From positions 32,001 to 96,000 of IMG/VR virus record IMGVR_UViG_3300009593_000010: 64,000 nucleotides of DNA. One strand, given 5' to 3'. The stretch comes from a virus. Shown here one piece after another: positions 41,092 through 50,373 of the stretch. The position numbers and the translations under genes are program-made. The notes under the pieces are model-generated. The model worked only from the letters and a program-made list of their open reading frames with translations. It did no database searches and had not been told where the DNA came from. Every line of letters begins with the position of its first letter. Position 1 is the stretch's first letter.

Positions 41092-42402
41092 ATGTTTATG
41101 TCAGAATCCTTACAAGAAAAGTGGCAGCCAGTATTGAATCACGCCGATCTCCCAGAGATCAGTGATCCGTACAAAAGAGCCGTTACTTCTGTAGTTTTAG
41201 AAAACCAAGAAAGAGCTTTAAACGAAGAAAGAGGATATATCTCTGAAGCTTCACCTGCCAACTCAGCAATGGGTGACGGAACTGGTGGAATTTCTAACTG
41301 GGATCCGATTCTTATCTCTTTGGTTAGACGATCTCTTCCAAACTTGGTAGCATATGACATCTGTGGTGTCCAACCTATGACTGGCCCTACTGGGTTAGTT
41401 TTCGCAATGAAAGCCCGTTACAACGATTCAACTTCAAGACTATCAATGACTGAAGCTATGTTTAACGAAGCAGACTCAGACTTCTCTGGTGCTGGAACAC
41501 AAGCAGGTACTGATCCATTTGGTGATGCAGCTGCTTATGCAACTGGTACTGGTATGACGACTGCTGCAGGTGAAGCAAAGGGAGATGTTGAAGCATCTAA
41601 CCCATTCGCTTCTATGGCTTTCACTATCGAAAAAGCAACTGTAACTGCAAAGACAAGAGCTCTTAAAGCAGAATACACAATCGAACTTGCACAAGACCTT
41701 AAAGCAATTCATGGTCTTGATGCTGAAACTGAACTTGCAAACATCTTGTCTGCTGAAATCCTCGCGGAAATCAACAGAGAAGTAGTAAGAACAGTTAACC
41801 TTCAAGCAAAAACTGGTGCTCAAACTGGTACTGCTAATGCTGGTAGGTTCGACTTAGATGTGGATTCTTCTGGTAGATGGTCTGTCGAGAAGTTCAAAGG
41901 TATGCTCTTCCATGTTGAAAGAGAAGCCAACACAATTGCAAGAGAATCAAGAAGAGGAAAAGGTAACTTTATCCTTTGTTCTTCTGATGTAGCATCTGCA
42001 CTAGCTATGGCTGGTGTTCTTGACTACGCTCCTGCGTTGAACACGAACTTAGCAGTTGATGATGCTGGTAACACTTTCGCTGGTGTTTTAAATGGTAAAT
42101 ATAAAGTTTATATTGACCCTTATTACACTCTTGATCCTGTTACTGGTCACAGTAACGAAGGTTACATGACTGTTGGATACAGAGGTTCAAATCCTTATGA
42201 TGCTGGTGTATTCTACTGCCCGTATGTTCCATTACAAATGGTTCGTGCAGTTGGTGAAAACACTTTCCAACCTAAGATCGGTTTCAAAACCAGATACGGA
42301 ATGATTTCTAATCCTTTCGTTGGTGCGACTCCTTCTGATGGTTTAGCGTCTGCTGGAACTAACTTCTACTACAGAAAAGTCGAAATAGAAAATATTCTAT
42401 AA
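41092..42402 (+). CDS. gp23: Major capsid protein gp23
   Basis: LQEKWQPVL, GVQPMTGPTGLVFAM, RALKAEYTIELAQDLKAIHGLDAE, FQPKIGFKTRYG. Confidence 0.98.
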   Translation: MFMSESLQEKWQPVLNHADLPEISDPYKRAVTSVVLENQERALNEERGYISEASPANSAMGDGTGGISNWDPILISLVRRSLPNLVAYDICGVQPMTGPTGLVFAMKARYNDSTSRLSMTEAMFNEADSDFSGAGTQAGTDPFGDAAAYATGTGMTTAAGEAKGDVEASNPFASMAFTIEKATVTAKTRALKAEYTIELAQDLKAIHGLDAETELANILSAEILAEINREVVRTVNLQAKTGAQTGTANAGRFDLDVDSSGRWSVEKFKGMLFHVEREANTIARESRRGKGNFILCSSDVASALAMAGVLDYAPALNTNLAVDDAGNTFAGVLNGKYKVYIDPYYTLDPVTGHSNEGYMTVGYRGSNPYDAGVFYCPYVPLQMVRAVGENTFQPKIGFKTRYGMISNPFVGATPSDGLASAGTNFYYRKVEIENIL

Positions 42403-42425
42403 TCTACTATTCTTAACAGAACGAG

Positions 42426-42452
42426 AAAGGGACTCCTAGAGTCCCTTTTTTT
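42426..42452 (+). terminator. Rho-independent terminator after gp23
   Basis: aaagggactc-cta-gagtcccttt hairpin followed by a T-run. Confidence 0.9.
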
Positions 42453-42456
42453 ATGG

Positions 42457-42464
42457 TATAAATA
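42457..42464 (+). promoter_or_regulatory. T4-type late promoter TATAAATA
   Basis: Exact consensus. Confidence 0.75.
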
Positions 42465-42521
42465 TATTATAGGGAAGTCAAGGGGACAACCCATACACAC
42501 ACAAACACACAGGAGGCCAAA

Positions 42522-42737
42522 ATGGCTGATTCAAAATCTGGGTTCGAGATCAGAGCCGATTTACTTAATCAAGCACAAGGACTATTAGAAGGAAACATCT
42601 ATAGGTCTAATGAAGCTATTGGTGTACACAATGACAACTATCCTAACGACAAAAAATGTTGTGGAAGTCAAATTGTAATGCCAGACGATGTAGTTAAAGT
42701 TGCAAGACAACTTAATGAATTCGTAAACGAGAAGTAG
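42522..42737 (+). CDS. Conserved hypothetical phage protein (71 aa)
   Basis: Strong SD AGGAGG; KSGFEIRADLL...VVKVARQLNEFV. Confidence 0.75.
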   Translation: MADSKSGFEIRADLLNQAQGLLEGNIYRSNEAIGVHNDNYPNDKKCCGSQIVMPDDVVKVARQLNEFVNEK

Positions 42738-42768
42738 TTAACAACTCCTTTCCCACCTTACTTACTGT

Positions 42769-42776
42769 TATAAATA
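42769..42776 (+). promoter_or_regulatory. T4-type late promoter TATAAATA
   Basis: Exact consensus. Confidence 0.75.
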
Positions 42777-42783
42777 CTAATAT

Positions 42784-42966
42784 ATGAAACAATGGCATGG
42801 TGGGAAAGGTAGTATAAGACGAAAAGAAACTGGGACTCAGTATCAAGAGAACTGGGATAAGATTTTTGGAAACGAGAAATCATGTGGTGGTACTCCAAGT
42901 GGATGGATACCAGAAGAAAAGTTTAAAAGAGATCGAACTGATTTCATAGAAGAGGAAGAAGAATAA
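42784..42966 (+). CDS. Hypothetical protein (60 aa)
   Basis: WHGGKGS.RR....YQENWDKIFG motif. Confidence 0.6.
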   Translation: MKQWHGGKGSIRRKETGTQYQENWDKIFGNEKSCGGTPSGWIPEEKFKRDRTDFIEEEEE

Positions 42967-43091
42967 TGGAACAACCAGACTGGTATATACATCTTGTACA
43001 CTTCATATCAATAATAGGTCTTGCATTCTGTTCCTATAAAGTAGGAGAGTTGGTAGGACGAAGAACAATAGAGGATAGAGATGGCCAATAG
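42966..43091 (+). CDS. Small single-TM protein (41 aa, not in ORF track)
   Basis: TAATG coupling with the upstream stop; MEQPDWYIHLVHFISIIGLAFCSYKVGELVGRRTIEDRDGQ. Confidence 0.5.
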   Translation: MEQPDWYIHLVHFISIIGLAFCSYKVGELVGRRTIEDRDGQ

Positions 43092-43665
43092 AACAAGAAC
43101 TGTTGATGTTGCTGAGTGGCAAAATACTACTCCAGCAAACCTTAGTTATCTTGCACCTACTCAGTTTGAGTTGGTAGTTTCTAAGTTACCCAACACAAAA
43201 TACTTTGCAACAGGTGCTAACATACCATCTGTAAGTGCATCTGCACTTAACCAACCTACAACTCTAGGTATCGTTCCTAAGATGCCTGGCGATAAAGTAA
43301 ACTTCGATGAGTTTACTGTAAACTTTATCATCGATGAGAATTTAGAGAACTGGACTGAATTGTATAATTGGATTATATCAATTGCTCCAGGCTATGATAC
43401 AAAGGACTATAGAACACTAACTGGTGCAAACGATAGGAGTAACCGACCATTTGATGGTAGTGGAGACCCTATGAAAATGTATTCTGATATGACTATGGTT
43501 ATCACTACGGCTGCAAATAACCCTAACAGGTATGTTAGGTATCATGATTGTTTTCCTACAAGTCTTGCATCTGTAGAGATGGATACTACATCTACATCTA
43601 ACCCTTATGTTACTTGTACAGCATCATTTGCATTTACTTACTTTGAAATAGCAACCACCTCATAA
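43081..43665 (+). CDS. gp3: Tail tube terminator/completion protein gp3
   Basis: NLSYLAPTQF, PGDKVNFDEFTVNFIIDENLENW.ELYNWI, DCFPTSL. Confidence 0.85.
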   Translation: MANRTRTVDVAEWQNTTPANLSYLAPTQFELVVSKLPNTKYFATGANIPSVSASALNQPTTLGIVPKMPGDKVNFDEFTVNFIIDENLENWTELYNWIISIAPGYDTKDYRTLTGANDRSNRPFDGSGDPMKMYSDMTMVITTAANNPNRYVRYHDCFPTSLASVEMDTTSTSNPYVTCTASFAFTYFEIATTS

Positions 43666-43670
43666 AAAGG

Positions 43671-43698
43671 TGGACAAATACCACTTTTGTGGTATAAT
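43671..43698 (+). promoter_or_regulatory. Sigma70-like promoter for uvsY (TGGACA-16-TATAAT)
   Basis: Extended -10 (TGg-TATAAT), 6 nt before the ATG at 43705. Confidence 0.6.
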
Positions 43699-43704
43699 AA
43701 TATT

Positions 43705-44151
43705 ATGAACTTAGAACAAATTCAAGAGGAATGGAAGAAAGACTCTGTTATCGAGAAGATAGATATGGATGTTTCTTCAATGGAGACTCCAAGACTCCAT
43801 GCAAAATACCTAGAAGAACTCTCTTCTAAAAGACTTACCTATAAAAAATATGAAGTAGAATACAACAAACTACTTAAAAATAAGTGGTTATGGTTTACTG
43901 GCAAGATGGATTACGATCAAGTGGAGAGTCTAGGGTGGAACCAAGACCCATTTGATGGTTTAACTGTTCTTAAATCAGACTACCAATACTACTTTAATGC
44001 AGATGAAGACCTTACTAAACTCAAATTAAAGATGGAATATCTTGATGAGTGTATTAGTGTTTTAAAAGACATCCTAAATATTATTACTTGGAGACATCAA
44101 TCAATCAAAAATGCAATAGATTGGTTGAAATTCACTAACCCAGCAGGTTAA
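43705..44151 (+). CDS. uvsY: Recombination mediator UvsY
   Basis: MNLEQIQEEWKKDSVI...PRLHAKYL...W.HQSIKNAIDWLKF; upstream of uvsW. Confidence 0.88.
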   Translation: MNLEQIQEEWKKDSVIEKIDMDVSSMETPRLHAKYLEELSSKRLTYKKYEVEYNKLLKNKWLWFTGKMDYDQVESLGWNQDPFDGLTVLKSDYQYYFNADEDLTKLKLKMEYLDECISVLKDILNIITWRHQSIKNAIDWLKFTNPAG

Positions 44152-44157
44152 TATATT

Positions 44158-44817
44158 ATGCCATCTTTTCTGAAACAACCTTTAGTAACAATACCAGATG
44201 CACTCTCACCAGAAGTTTGTGAAGAGTTAATTCATATTGGAAAGAATACACAACTGAGTCATGGTGCAATTGGGGCTGCAGATACACCAACATTTGAACA
44301 GAATTCTAGGAAGAGTGTAATTTCTTGGATACCAGATAATTGTGCATTACAAAATGGGATGGAAATTCAAAAGGATATAATGTGGCCATTAGCAAATCAA
44401 GTCAATGATGACTACTTTGGTTTTGATTTGACATGGCACGAAGCAAATCAATTTACAACCTATACTGCACCAGATGAACATTATGATTGGCATTGTGATG
44501 GACATTTTGAGTTGTATGGGGAGAACGAAACCCCAACTCCACATCCAGATGCTAAAGGGTTGTATCGAAAACTGTCATACAGTGTCATACTTTCCCATCC
44601 AGACGATTCAGAGGGTGGAGACTTTTCATGGATAGATTTTACTTCACTTAATCCTCAAATGGATTGGGGTTTGATAGAGAATACAGTCCCAGCAAGTGCA
44701 AGAAATCAAGGAACAGTAATTTTCTTCCCTTCCTTTATGTATCATAAAGTGGGTAGAGTAAGCAGAGGAACACGACATTCGTTAGTAGGATGGATATCAG
44801 GCCCACGATTCAAATAA
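44158..44817 (+). CDS. 2OG-Fe(II) oxygenase (PKHD/prolyl-hydroxylase-like)
   Basis: YDWHCD, RKLSYSVIL..P...EGGDF, GTVIFFPSFMYHKV....GTRHSLVGW. Confidence 0.9.
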   Translation: MPSFLKQPLVTIPDALSPEVCEELIHIGKNTQLSHGAIGAADTPTFEQNSRKSVISWIPDNCALQNGMEIQKDIMWPLANQVNDDYFGFDLTWHEANQFTTYTAPDEHYDWHCDGHFELYGENETPTPHPDAKGLYRKLSYSVILSHPDDSEGGDFSWIDFTSLNPQMDWGLIENTVPASARNQGTVIFFPSFMYHKVGRVSRGTRHSLVGWISGPRFK

Positions 44818-46223
44818 CCAAATTAGATAATACTTACTTGATGGTAAAGTCAGAAGACGGAATCAATCGAGAATTGTCAGACTATTTCACTTTCCCAGTT
44901 CCTGGCGCAAAGTTCATGCCTTCTGTTAGAAACAGATATTGGGATGGAAACATTAGATTATATTCATTAAGTGATGGTAAAATATACTCTGGATTGTTAT
45001 ATGCAGTTCAACAGTTTGCTAAGGATAGGGGATATCAATGTGAAGGATACCAGTGGGAAACAGAAGTTGAAGAGTCGAATCATATCGAAAACTTGGGATT
45101 ACCTTTTGAAGTTAGGGATTACCAAAGAGAAGCTATTTCTGTTGGGATTAAGAATAAACGATCCTTATTGGTATCACCTACTGCCAGTGGTAAGTCCCTT
45201 ATTATATATGCTCTTGCACGACATTTTTTAAAGACTAATAAGAAAAGAGTATTAGTTATTGTACCAACAACATCATTAGTAGAACAGATGGCAACAGATT
45301 TTGAGGATTATGGGTACACAAAACCCATTGATAAGATGTATGGTGGTAATAAAATTGGTGATACTGAGATAGTAGTTACTACATGGCAAACATTATCTAA
45401 GATGCCAAAATCATTTTACACTCATTTTGGTGCAGTCTTTGGAGATGAAGCACATCTCTTTAAGGCAAAAGTCCTATCTGGTATAATGAATAAGATGACA
45501 CATATAGGTCATAGGATAGGAACTACTGGTACTTTGGATGATACTCAATGCAATAAATTAGTATTAGAAGGTTTATTCGGCCCTACTCATTATGTCACAA
45601 CTTCTGCTGATCTTATGGATGAGGGTGTTCTTGCAGAGTTAAATATACAATGTTTAGTCCTAAAGTACCCTAAAGAGGTATCTAAAATAGTATCCCAGAT
45701 GGATTATCCCAGAGAAATGGAGTTTTTAGTCGATAATAAACGAAGGAATCGTTTTATTCGTAATTTAGTGCAAGATAGGGGTGGTAATACCCTTATTCTC
45801 TTCCAGTATGTAGAAAAACATGGAAAACAGTTATATGATGAGTTCCTACAACTAGGTGGTAACTTATTCTTCATATATGGTAAGACAGACACACTTGCAC
45901 GAGAAGAGGCCAGAAAGATTATGGAGAAGTCTGAAAGTGCAACAATAATTGCATCTTATGGAACTTTTTCTACTGGTATAAATATTGAGAACCTAGATAA
46001 CATTGTCTTTGCATCACCATCTAAATCTAAGATTAGAATTTTACAATCCATCGGAAGAGTTTTAAGGAGAGGGAAGACTGCAAAGGCAACAGTATACGAT
46101 ATTGCAGATGATCTTTCTTTTGGCAGAAAGCACAATTATACCCTAAAACACTTTAAAGAAAGAATAAATACCTATAGTAAAGAGAAGTTTTCTTACACAA
46201 TACACGACATAGAGTTTAAATGA
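44790..46223 (+). CDS. uvsW: DNA helicase UvsW
   Basis: SPTASGKS, GDEAH, GTTGT, FSTGINI, LQSIGRVLR. Confidence 0.95.
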   Translation: MDIRPTIQITKLDNTYLMVKSEDGINRELSDYFTFPVPGAKFMPSVRNRYWDGNIRLYSLSDGKIYSGLLYAVQQFAKDRGYQCEGYQWETEVEESNHIENLGLPFEVRDYQREAISVGIKNKRSLLVSPTASGKSLIIYALARHFLKTNKKRVLVIVPTTSLVEQMATDFEDYGYTKPIDKMYGGNKIGDTEIVVTTWQTLSKMPKSFYTHFGAVFGDEAHLFKAKVLSGIMNKMTHIGHRIGTTGTLDDTQCNKLVLEGLFGPTHYVTTSADLMDEGVLAELNIQCLVLKYPKEVSKIVSQMDYPREMEFLVDNKRRNRFIRNLVQDRGGNTLILFQYVEKHGKQLYDEFLQLGGNLFFIYGKTDTLAREEARKIMEKSESATIIASYGTFSTGINIENLDNIVFASPSKSKIRILQSIGRVLRRGKTAKATVYDIADDLSFGRKHNYTLKHFKERINTYSKEKFSYTIHDIEFK

Positions 46224-46693
46224 ATTACAAATACATAAGACTATCTACAGGTGAAAATGTCATCTGTATTATAGAAAAGGTTGCACAAGGACAAGTCAAT
46301 CTTGTAATGCCTATGATTGCAGACTTAGTTCCTTCTTTATTAGGTACAGGAACAGTAATGAAACTCTCACCATTGATCCCCTATACAAAAGAATCAAGGA
46401 TCACAGTAAACACATCAGATATAGTATACTCCTCAGAGATAACAGACCAGTTTGTTGATTTCTATGATAAAGGGGTGAATGACTGGTTAAAGATTAGAGA
46501 TGAATTGGGAATCGAAATCCGATCTCCTAAAGATGAATTGAGAGAAGCTAGAGGAATGAAAGAAATGTTACGAGAACATGCGTCTCGTTTCATTGAAAAT
46601 GAATTAGGTGATGAACATAGGGACATGACCGATGAGGAACTAGAGATGGAGTTTAATGATCTAATAGATTCAAAAGAGAAGATACTGCACTAA
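46220..46693 (+). CDS. Conserved hypothetical protein (Sm-like fold suspected) between uvsW and gp55
   Basis: YIRLSTGENVIC start; syntenic position. Confidence 0.65.
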   Translation: MNYKYIRLSTGENVICIIEKVAQGQVNLVMPMIADLVPSLLGTGTVMKLSPLIPYTKESRITVNTSDIVYSSEITDQFVDFYDKGVNDWLKIRDELGIEIRSPKDELREARGMKEMLREHASRFIENELGDEHRDMTDEELEMEFNDLIDSKEKILH

Positions 46694-46729
46694 TTGCTAT
46701 ATCTATCCCTTTTCTAAAAGGACATTAAT

Positions 46730-46758
46730 ATTATATCATCAGACCTCAAGGCTGTCAA
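46730..46758 (-). promoter_or_regulatory. Perfect sigma70 consensus promoter on the minus strand
   Basis: Reverse complement reads TTGACA-gccttgaggtctgatga(17)-TATAAT. Confidence 0.65.
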
Positions 46759-46791
46759 GTCTTTTTTTACTTAAATGTGAAAATACTTTAC

Positions 46792-46819
46792 TTGACAAAT
46801 ATCAATATTATGAGATAAT
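46792..46819 (+). promoter_or_regulatory. Sigma70-like promoter for gp55 (TTGACA-16-GATAAT)
   Basis: 6 nt before the ATG at 46826. Confidence 0.6.
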
Positions 46820-46825
46820 AAGCTT

Positions 46826-47377
46826 ATGACTGAGAAAAAGAAACCAGAACATTATGTAAACAATAAAGAGTTTACTGCAGCCATTACTGCACATAACATT
46901 GCAGTGAAAGAAGCAGTTAAAGCTGGAAAAGAACCACCTCGTGTAACTGAATATATTGGGGAGTGTATCTATAAGATTGCAACTAGGTTATCAACCAAAC
47001 CAAACTTCATTAACTATTCCTATAGGGATGAAATGATTTGTGATGGTATTGAGAACTGTTTGCAGTATATAAACAACTTTAATCCAGAAAAATCTAGTAA
47101 TGCTTTTGCATATATTACTCAGATCATATATTATGCATTTCTTCGTAGGATACAGAAAGAAAAGAAACAATCTGCAATCAAGCAGAAAGCAATTATGCAA
47201 GCAGGTGTATTATTCGATGCCGTAGGTACTATGGACGGAGATGATAGACAATACACTAATTCATATGTAGACTTTCTTCAAGAGAACATGAACGAAGTGA
47301 ACTATAAACCAAGAGGCAAAAAACCAAAAGAGAAATCTAGTAAAGGCGTAGAGAACTTTTATCAGTCCACCAAATAA
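46826..47377 (+). CDS. gp55: Late sigma factor gp55
   Basis: HYVNNKEF, YIGECIYKIA..LS.KPNFINYSYRDEMICDGIENC, NAFAYITQIIYYAFLRRI.KEKKQ. Confidence 0.95.
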   Translation: MTEKKKPEHYVNNKEFTAAITAHNIAVKEAVKAGKEPPRVTEYIGECIYKIATRLSTKPNFINYSYRDEMICDGIENCLQYINNFNPEKSSNAFAYITQIIYYAFLRRIQKEKKQSAIKQKAIMQAGVLFDAVGTMDGDDRQYTNSYVDFLQENMNEVNYKPRGKKPKEKSSKGVENFYQSTK

Positions 47378-48441
47378 TGAAGTTTGCAATTTTAAACGAC
47401 ACACATTGTGGTGTTCGTAATGACAATGTACAATTCCACGAATATCAAAGAAAATTCTATGAGGATATATTCTTTCCTTATCTTTTAGAGAATGATATTA
47501 AGCATATCGTTCATCTGGGAGATTACTTTGATAAACGAACTGGAATTAATTTCCTATCACTCCAAAAAAACAAAGAACACTTTATAGATCATCTAGTGAA
47601 GTATGATATATCTATGGACTTGATTCTCGGTAATCATGATCTATATTATAAGAATACATCAGAGGTTAATAGTCCACAGTCCCTATTAGAAGGTAAAGCA
47701 AAAATAGAAATCTATGGTGATATTATTACTAAGGATTATGATGGACTACTTATAACATTAGTGCCTTGGATTCATAGAAACAACATTGAAGAGACTGTAG
47801 AACACATTGAATTGACTAAAGGTCAAGTTGCAATGGGACACTTAGAAATTGAAGGTGCAATGATGATGCCAGGCTATTATAGTAGTCATGGTATGAACTT
47901 AGATACTTTCAAAAGGTTTGAACAAGTCTATAGTGGACACTTCCACACCAAATCAGAGATGGGTAATTTAAGATACTTGGGTGCTCAAATGCAGTTCACA
48001 TGGAACGACTTTGGTGATATTAAATCCTTCCACATCTATAATACAGACGATAGATCAATTTTTCCAGTAGTAAACCCTATTACAATGTTTGAAAAGGTAT
48101 TCTATGATGACAGTAAATGGGCATTAGAAGATATACAGGGAATGGAGTTCTCAGATTTAACAGATAAGTTTGTTAAGGTCATTGTACAAAGTAAAGACCA
48201 ACCTTATTGGTTTGATATGTACATCGATAAAATAACAAAAGCAAATCCTATTGATTTAAAAATTGTGGAAGATCATGGGAATATAGATTTACTAAACGAT
48301 GATGAAGCACTTGCAGATGCAGAAGACACATTAACAATTTTAACAAAACATATAGATCAAATGGAGATCAGTGGGGACAAAACAAAACTTGATACATTAA
48401 TGAGGTCGTTATATACGGAAGCATTAGATACGAGTTTTTAG
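47377..48441 (+). CDS. gp47: Recombination endonuclease gp47 (SbcD/Mre11-like)
   Basis: LNDTHCG, HLGDYFD, GNHD, GHLE, SGHFH. Confidence 0.95.
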   Translation: MKFAILNDTHCGVRNDNVQFHEYQRKFYEDIFFPYLLENDIKHIVHLGDYFDKRTGINFLSLQKNKEHFIDHLVKYDISMDLILGNHDLYYKNTSEVNSPQSLLEGKAKIEIYGDIITKDYDGLLITLVPWIHRNNIEETVEHIELTKGQVAMGHLEIEGAMMMPGYYSSHGMNLDTFKRFEQVYSGHFHTKSEMGNLRYLGAQMQFTWNDFGDIKSFHIYNTDDRSIFPVVNPITMFEKVFYDDSKWALEDIQGMEFSDLTDKFVKVIVQSKDQPYWFDMYIDKITKANPIDLKIVEDHGNIDLLNDDEALADAEDTLTILTKHIDQMEISGDKTKLDTLMRSLYTEALDTSF

Positions 48442-48677
48442 TGAAAAAAGAAATGACAAGTAATGAACACGGCATAGTTTATTCTGGTACATGGGAACAG
48501 GAAGGTCATACAGTATCTTTCATGTTAACAGAACAGGGTGATTGTAAAATAACAGAAGCTCACACATCTAGTAGATGGTCAAACAGAGGATATTCTTTGT
48601 CAAGAACAGTTAGTATTGATGATGCAATAGAGGAACAAGAACAATTGATAAAATTTGGTTATGATAAAGTTTCATAG
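48441..48677 (+). CDS. Hypothetical protein between gp47 and gp46
   Basis: ORF overlapping both neighbours (ATG alternative at 48453). Confidence 0.55.
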   Translation: MKKEMTSNEHGIVYSGTWEQEGHTVSFMLTEQGDCKITEAHTSSRWSNRGYSLSRTVSIDDAIEEQEQLIKFGYDKVS

Positions 48678-50373
48678 TGTAAGATATAAAAATTTTCTAT
48701 CAACAGGTTCCCAATTTACAGAAGTCTATCTCGATAAGAGAAAGAGTTGTCTTGTAGTTGGAGAAAATGGTAGTGGTAAATCAACAATGTTGGATGCATT
48801 GTGTTTTGGTTTATTTGGTAAGGGATTTAGGAAAGTACCCAAAACTGCATTAATCAATTCTGTTAATGGCAGAATGATGGTGGTTGAAGTAGAGTTTGGT
48901 ATTGGTTCTAAACAGTATAAGATAGTCAGAGGTGCAAAACCTAATATCTTTGAAGTCTATATGAATGATAGACTAATCAATCAAGATGCAAACATGAGAG
49001 ATTACCAAGAGTATCTCGAAAAACAAATCCTAAAGATGAACTATAAGGCATTTACTCAAGTGGTTATACTTGGGTCTTCAACCTTTGTTCCTTTCATGCA
49101 AATGAATACAATAGATCGTAGGGGTATAATAGAAGATATTCTGGATATAAACATATTCTCTATCATGAATGACATCCTTAAACAAAGACAATCTGCTCTC
49201 AAAGTAGAACTTAAAGACTTAGATACAGAAATAAGAATCTCAGAAGATAGGATTGATACTTATAAAAAACATATTAGTGCATTAGGGGATAGTAGACGAA
49301 ACAAGATAAGAGATTTCAGACAATCTATTGAAAAATCAGAGAAAAATATCACCAAACTACAAGAAGAATGTACTATTTTCATAGAAAAAGTAGAGGAACG
49401 ACAGCTGGTGTCGTCTGATTTTGAGGAAATACAACATAAACTACAACATACTTTAGACATGGAGAAGAGATTATCGGATGCAAAACAACGAGGTAGGAAG
49501 GAAATTACCTTCTATGAAACCACAGATGAATGTCCCACCTGTCACCATGATCTGGAAGACGAGTTCAAAAAATCCAAAATCCAGAAAGTCAGTGGAACAA
49601 TATCTGATATTGAACAAGCACTACAAGAAATCGACCAAAACATTAAAGACATCAATACCCAACTTGAAGATATCAAGTCTATACAAGAGGAAATTAATGG
49701 TATCAACAGAGACATATCTAAGAACCAGAATGAAATTTCAGCATCTCAACAATACATTACTAAGATCACTACAGAAATTACCAAATTGGAAGAAGAGAAG
49801 AGTTCAGATGATACTACAAAGTTAGATGCAGAGAAGAAGGTATTAAAGAAACATGGTGAAGATAGAGAAGTTCATATAGATAGACGACATTACTTTGATC
49901 TTGCATCTTTCTTATTGAAGGATAGTGGTATTAAGACTAAGATTGTAAAACAGTATCTACCAATCATGAATAAATTGATTAATAAGTATCTTGCATCTAT
50001 GGAGTTTTTTATCCAGTTTGAATTGGACGAGAACTTTAATGAGACTATAAAGTCAAGATATAGAGACGAGTTTAAATACGCAAACTTCTCAGAGGGTGAG
50101 AAAATGAGAATTGACCTTGCATTACTATTCACATGGAGAAGTGTTGCAAGAATGAAGAATAGTGTTAATACTAACCTATTAATGCTGGATGAAGTGTTTG
50201 ATAGTTCCCTCGATGAAGGTGGAACAGATGAATTTATGAAGATATTAACCACACTAGGACAAGACACTAATGTGTTTATTATATCACATAAGGGTGATGT
50301 TTTGAACGAGAAGTTCAGACATGTAATGAAATTTGAGAAGGTAAAAAACTTTAGTAGGATAGCAGAGACATGA
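48661..50373 (+). CDS. gp46: Recombination ATPase gp46 (SbcC/Rad50-like)
   Basis: KNFLSTG, GENGSGKST, zinc hook CPTC, FSEGEK, LDEVFD. Confidence 0.95.
   Translation: MIKFHSVRYKNFLSTGSQFTEVYLDKRKSCLVVGENGSGKSTMLDALCFGLFGKGFRKVPKTALINSVNGRMMVVEVEFGIGSKQYKIVRGAKPNIFEVYMNDRLINQDANMRDYQEYLEKQILKMNYKAFTQVVILGSSTFVPFMQMNTIDRRGIIEDILDINIFSIMNDILKQRQSALKVELKDLDTEIRISEDRIDTYKKHISALGDSRRNKIRDFRQSIEKSEKNITKLQEECTIFIEKVEERQLVSSDFEEIQHKLQHTLDMEKRLSDAKQRGRKEITFYETTDECPTCHHDLEDEFKKSKIQKVSGTISDIEQALQEIDQNIKDINTQLEDIKSIQEEINGINRDISKNQNEISASQQYITKITTEITKLEEEKSSDDTTKLDAEKKVLKKHGEDREVHIDRRHYFDLASFLLKDSGIKTKIVKQYLPIMNKLINKYLASMEFFIQFELDENFNETIKSRYRDEFKYANFSEGEKMRIDLALLFTWRSVARMKNSVNTNLLMLDEVFDSSLDEGGTDEFMKILTTLGQDTNVFIISHKGDVLNEKFRHVMKFEKVKNFSRIAET

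Noticed and set aside
30856-42402. Introns or inteins in gp17, gp18, gp20 or gp23
   Set aside because: All are continuous and of normal length, with no splicing or Hint motifs.
48441-48677. WGR-like nucleic-acid-binding domain between gp47 and gp46
   Set aside because: Only the C-terminal A.EEQ..LIK.GY resembles it; no WGR motif, too weak to claim.
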